NCBI GenBank assembly: GCA_016218915.1 | Contig: JACRCQ010000006.1 | Coordinates: 114,964 to 178,963, forward strand | From: Deltaproteobacteria bacterium | Lineage (GTDB): Bacteria; Myxococcota_A; Polyangia; Polyangiales; Polyangiaceae | Length of the DNA: 64,000 nt | Direction of reading: 5' to 3' | Part shown: in pieces, positions 61,001 to 64,000 of the stretch | How the letters are laid out: every line of letters begins with the position of its first letter | How positions within the stretch are numbered: position 1 is the first letter of the stretch | Translations under genes and position numbers: made by a program | The notes under the pieces: model-generated | The model's database searches: none | The model's input: the letters and a program-made list of their open reading frames with translations, nothing else | What the model was told of the DNA's origin: nothing

Positions 61001-62012
61001 ACTCGAGCAAGGCCGGATCGCGTGGGCGCACCGTGTCTTCCACAATGGCGTTGAAGATCTGTGCTGCGCGCTTGCGTTCGAGCACCTCGCCTTCCACCAG
61101 CTTGTCGCCTACCCACAATGCCAGACGCGAGATGCTGGCGTCTGGGGGAAGCGGAAACACGTAGCGCCCCTCCAGCACCCGATCCGTCTCGTTCTCGAAT
61201 ACCTCTTCGACCTCCGTGCGCGCAAAGCCGTCCCGCACCACTGCATGCACTGCGTGGGACGCGAGCTTGACGCCCCCCACCACCTCGGTGGTTCCAGGCA
61301 CGCGCGCAGTCATGGTGCCGAATCCGCGAGTGACCTGATTCGCAGACGCCGGCACGCCATCGCGAGGAATCCGACCGCCATCGATCAGCGCTCCTGCCCA
61401 CCCCACCGTGCGCTCAGGAGCCTTTCCCTTGGCGACCGTTGCACCATCGCCGGATCGCAGTTCCAGCGGCTGCCCGGACTGCGTCTTGAGCGTGAAGCGA
61501 CCCCGCCGAACTGCGACATCCGCGCGCTCCGCGGTGGCAACGCGAATCACGACGCTCGTCGGGAAGCTCGGATCGAGCGTGCCTGTCGCGTCGCCGATCT
61601 TGACGTCCGGCGTGCCGGCGCTCGACGGGCTGCTCTCTAGTGTCAGCGCGCCTTTGCGCAGCTCGATCGCGCGCGGGGCTGCGTCAGACAGCGCCACTTC
61701 GGACCGCTCGCTCAGCCGCACCTGCAACGAATCGCCGGCAGACAGGGCGACCGAGGCGCCGTCGCCGGTACGCACGAGCGCAGCGAGTCGCAGGGCAGCG
61801 CCGGCACCGATCGGCTCGCACCCCTGCCCGTCCGCATTGCACCGCACAGCCGCAGAGCCTTGCTCCGTACGCTCGACATCGCCCACGGGCAAGCTCACCT
61901 GCTCGGCCTTGACCTCCCAGGGAGCGGGAGGCGGCGGGGGCTTGGGCCTGCAAGACGGGGCTGCGAGCACGAAGACCGCAACCAAGAACGCACTTCGTCG
62001 GCCGAGCTTCAT
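58020..62012 (-). CDS. giant lipoprotein: VIT domain + von Willebrand A domain + AgmX/PglI-type (TonB-C-like) domain + TPR-like region
   Basis: Trimmed to M20 (MKLGRRSAFLVAVFVLAAPSC). VIT-like VVRDGFARTEVEEVFENETDRVLEGRYVFPLPPDASISRLALWV. VWA MIDAS-like FVIDTSHSQS. FRACYNRGLAMNPDMQGAVRLILRIGANGQVVSA..ACMAARARSAQFEPPEGG. TPR-like helices near the C-terminus. Confidence 0.85.
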   Translation of the reverse strand: MKLGRRSAFLVAVFVLAAPSCRPKPPPPPAPWEVKAEQVSLPVGDVERTEQGSAAVRCNADGQGCEPIGAGAALRLAALVRTGDGASVALSAGDSLQVRLSERSEVALSDAAPRAIELRKGALTLESSPSSAGTPDVKIGDATGTLDPSFPTSVVIRVATAERADVAVRRGRFTLKTQSGQPLELRSGDGATVAKGKAPERTVGWAGALIDGGRIPRDGVPASANQVTRGFGTMTARVPGTTEVVGGVKLASHAVHAVVRDGFARTEVEEVFENETDRVLEGRYVFPLPPDASISRLALWVGDKLVEGEVLERKRAAQIFNAIVEDTVRPRDPALLEWVSGADFSLKIFPIPAKGSRKVVLAYNQALSEEGGRVRYTYPLSLGADRAVRIGQFSMDVTLTDTRTQVRDLRTPGYATRGTLDPKRATLTFEAKAFAPARDFTLSYEREPTPAADISAYVPAWGEFADDKLKVAAKTLADLGPGKGYFAARLVVEPPADLPAPAFTRRDRAFVIDTSHSQSKDTLQGEARLVSGVLAQMDPDEKFVLLACDSACTTYPEKGLSGISASELASANGWLSKLAPSGSSDPAGALLQAAERLEPNGAGQIVYIGDGAPTSGELSFEKLSARVGAALSRKKVDLRLLGAGRSVDEVVLLGVASTLGASYERVITGESLDDRIDDIAQGLRKPVVTAAAVELPPAFTEIYPRVLPNLRLGQEVVVVGRLAAPAAGEVKLTGRLGDKVFSLRRPLAWAEQASSQNPLVPRLWAQTRIAELQGSPEASAIKEVVDLSRRFHVMSRHTSLLVLENEQMFAEFGIQRTTRKEGDQTDSGFGAGPSAQAAAKAADKSPAADVFGGGGGAITPGAAGGGLAGIGNTGGTAVGSSETKVAAPRGNASASATVTGGTVSNAARVVAGMRAGFRACYNRGLAMNPDMQGAVRLILRIGANGQVVSANAVPAGSIDSSTTACMAARARSAQFEPPEGGQATITIPITLTNSGSTSPLPPPPPPPRVVYDAPEADAAILKVGNETWRSEGDDELGKLRKAVADADKSRKAHEALIRGLLRRGRFVDALAAAKTFVELDPDLPIARELLSYAAAVLGDGKTAVAAVDALSETDARSVKVHVRAARAFESIGDERRACAHWRSLAELAPKNEEAVAEALRCRGRVMGDREAALADAKAIDKPGKLIAALLPRLESGDVPAYDAVNADGGRFEAKVSCDAGVTDCPQVIVITPRGTVLSPWTPAEARSSRVSVAFSGLLDGTYRVMLVGGAQDAKGNVEVRAINAKGKYDFARAGVEQTVATGAVTLVPSGWGVGIGLDKIGAWGAGGFWR

Positions 62013-62088
62013 CACGTTCGAGCCCCTCCGTTCCTGCCTAGAGTAGCCCACGATTGACGCAAGCGACATTGTCTCATTCGTTGAAACC

Positions 62089-62105
62089 GCCGGCTGAGAG
62101 CCGGC
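62089..62105 (-). terminator. hairpin followed by a short T-run on the minus strand
   Basis: GCCGGCT-gag-AGCCGGC, followed on the minus strand by GGTTTCAAC. It lies between the 62275..62811 gene and the start of the VIT-VWA gene. Confidence 0.35.
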
Positions 62106-62274
62106 CGCTGATGCAAGTCAGCTGCGCGGTTAGCCAAGCCCCCTTCCGGCTCATGATGGGACAGTTGAGCCTTCCGGGGGCTGAAGGTTCGACACAGCGT
62201 CCACACATCCCGCAGCGAACATCGGGAACACAGCATTGCTATGACAACGCTGACGCCTTCGGCTTGGGTCGCCG

Positions 62275-62811
62275 CTACAGGCATTCGGTCTTGCACTTCG
62301 AGTCCGCGCAGCCGATGGCCGCGTCGTACTCGGCCTTGCCCTTGGGAGCCTGCGCTGCGCACTCGTCCATGCAAAGCGCGATGCCAGCGTCGCCTGCATC
62401 CTCGGGCATGAGCGCACACGCAAGGATGCAGTTCACGTAGGTGTCGTCGCATTCGAGATCGCCCAGGCAGGCGTTGATCTCCACGCAGCACTTCTGCTCA
62501 GCACAGTCGTTGCAGGTCGGATTCGACGACGAGTACTTCTTGATCAGCTTGCAGGTGGCACCGTCGGACTCGGCCGGCGCATCCTGCGGAGCCACGTCTT
62601 CGCCCGCCGATGCCTCTTCGGCCACGCCGTCAAGGCCCGCTTCCGGGCTCACGTTGTCCGGCGCTGCATCCGGCGGCTGCGATTCCTGCGATGCGTCCTG
62701 CTCAGGCTGCGGGGTTGTGCCCGGGGAGTCTGAAGACGAGCACGCGGCCAGCGCAGCGCACAGAGCCAGGGACAGGGCCACGCGGAAGAGCGAGCAGTGC
62801 ACGGTGTTCAT
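62275..62811 (-). CDS. Cys-rich acidic lipoprotein
   Basis: MNTVHCSLFRVALSLALCAALAACSS lipobox, acidic Pro-rich tether and a C-terminal 14-Cys domain (CNDCAEQKCCVEINACLGDLECDDTYVNCILAC..). Confidence 0.75.
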   Translation of the reverse strand: MNTVHCSLFRVALSLALCAALAACSSSDSPGTTPQPEQDASQESQPPDAAPDNVSPEAGLDGVAEEASAGEDVAPQDAPAESDGATCKLIKKYSSSNPTCNDCAEQKCCVEINACLGDLECDDTYVNCILACALMPEDAGDAGIALCMDECAAQAPKGKAEYDAAIGCADSKCKTECL

Positions 62812-62915
62812 GGGGCAATCGTAGACGCGCCCTGTAAGATCATCCAGAGGGATCGCGTTGCGATCCGGGCCTCAATTGTGTGGTCCACAACTCCTGACCT
62901 GGATAGTCTCCCACG

Positions 62916-64000
62916 ATGCACTTCACCCTGATCGGCGCCGAGCTCGAAGAGAACCTCGCCCTTCGCTACCTGCAGGGCGCGGTCGAAGCCCAAGGACACA
63001 CCGTCACCCTCGTGCCGTTTGACGGCCCATCGGACACGGAGCGGGCCGCTGCGGCCATTGTCGCAAGCAGGGCGAGCGTGGCCGGCTTCTCTATGGTGTT
63101 CACACGTCGCGGCAGGGAATTTGCCGAGCTGATCGCACGCTGCCGCGAGCTCGGCTTTACAGGGCTCACCCTTGCGGGCGGTCACTTCGCCGCATTCCAT
63201 GCGGAGCCGCTGCTGCGCGATTCGCCCGCGCTCGATGCGATCGCAGTGGGCGAAGGGGAGAGCATCCTTTGCGACCTGGCCTCTCACGTCGACCGCCTCG
63301 ATCGCGTCCAAGGGCTGGTCTGGCGCGATGGTGATCGGATCGTGCGCAATCCTGCAGCTCTTGCCGAGCAGGACCTGGACAAGCTCCCGTGGCCTTCCCA
63401 CCGCCGCCCATTTGACCGGTACCTGGGCCTTCCCATCGTCAACATGCTCGCCTCGCGCGGCTGCATCTACTCCTGCGCGTTCTGCTCGATCGCTGCCTGG
63501 CACAAGATGTGTGGCGGCGCCCGCTACCGCTACCGTTCCGCCTCCGGCCTCGCTGCAGAGATGGGATGCCTGTGGCGCGAAGGGGTGCGGGTCTTCAACT
63601 TCCACGACGACAACTTCCTCGGCACGGATCGGGAAGAGAACCTGTCGCGAGCGAGGGCGCTTCGCGATGCGCTGCGCGCTCAGGGGGTAGGCAAGCTCGC
63701 GTTTGCGATCAAGGCGCGCCCTGACGCGATCGATCCGGAGCTGTTCGCCTTGCTGCGATCCATGGGGCTATTCCGGGTGTTTCTCGGCATCGAGGCGGGC
63801 ACGGACACCTCGCTGCTCGCGCTCGGACGCGGCCAGAAGCTGGCAGACAACGTGCGGGCGCTCGACCTCCTGCACGGCCTGGATCTTCACGTGGCATTCA
63901 ACCTGCTGGTGCTCAACCCGGAATCGACGCTGGAAGATCTCGCAGACAACGTCGCCTTCCTGCGCAGCCATGCGGACAGCCCCATGAACTTCTGCCGCAC
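62916..64000 (+). CDS. B12-binding-domain radical SAM protein (class B), 3' end beyond the window
   Basis: Own translation from the ATG at 62916: MHFTLIGAELEENLALRYLQGAVEAQGHTVTL... has a cobalamin-binding-like N-domain (AGFSMVFT, LAGGHFA, AVGEGE). Then NMLASRGCIYSCAFCS (CxxxCxxC) and FLGIEAGT. No stop before 64000, so it is absent from the ORF track. Confidence 0.82.
   Translation, partial: MHFTLIGAELEENLALRYLQGAVEAQGHTVTLVPFDGPSDTERAAAAIVASRASVAGFSMVFTRRGREFAELIARCRELGFTGLTLAGGHFAAFHAEPLLRDSPALDAIAVGEGESILCDLASHVDRLDRVQGLVWRDGDRIVRNPAALAEQDLDKLPWPSHRRPFDRYLGLPIVNMLASRGCIYSCAFCSIAAWHKMCGGARYRYRSASGLAAEMGCLWREGVRVFNFHDDNFLGTDREENLSRARALRDALRAQGVGKLAFAIKARPDAIDPELFALLRSMGLFRVFLGIEAGTDTSLLALGRGQKLADNVRALDLLHGLDLHVAFNLLVLNPESTLEDLADNVAFLRSHADSPMNFCR

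Noticed and set aside
1-64000. tRNA, rRNA, tmRNA, transposase, integrase, phage or toxin-antitoxin genes
   Set aside because: None was recognised in any intergenic gap or ORF. The gaps are short (at most 506 nt) and lack cloverleaf-like or IS-terminal features other than the repeat family reported above.

Overview
High-GC (roughly 65-70% by eye) bacterial chromosomal segment, very likely from a myxobacterium (Myxococcota). Supporting signs: a MYXO-CTERM sorting tail, an AgmX/PglI-type C-terminal domain, PEGA domains, eukaryote-like Ser/Thr kinases with an FHA protein, and many lipoproteins with Gly/Ser/Ala-rich tethers after the lipobox. I call 47 protein-coding genes, two of them truncated by the window edges and absent from the ORF track. 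I found no rRNA, tRNA, CRISPR array, transposase, integrase or prophage genes. Many long ORFs in the track are antisense or upstream-extension artefacts typical of high-GC DNA, so I trimmed starts to signal peptides, Shine-Dalgarno sites and overlapping stop/start codons. Recognisable content includes an 18-motif multihaem lipoprotein, a TamA/TamB pair, SthA transhydrogenase, two Ser/Thr kinases and an FHA plus receiver-histidine-kinase pair. It also includes an Hsp70-ATPase/HEAT fusion, two radical SAM enzymes, an FG-GAP propeller, a VIT-VWA giant lipoprotein and about ten Cys-rich lipoproteins. The best candidates for an undescribed system are (a) the radical SAM/SPASM operon at 47.5-50.1 kb with no recognisable substrate and (b) the four-gene FHA / receiver-kinase / Hsp70-NBD-HEAT / 491-aa module at 15.1-21.8 kb. 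Non-coding points of interest are a low-GC AACTAGCAAC-ended palindromic repeat at three gene ends, a hairpin-dense 407-nt convergent spacer, paired CTAG palindromes upstream of the cytochrome gene, and an 18-bp perfect inverted repeat over the start codon of an Avd-like gene. All family assignments come from motif recognition by eye; no database search or folding program was run.
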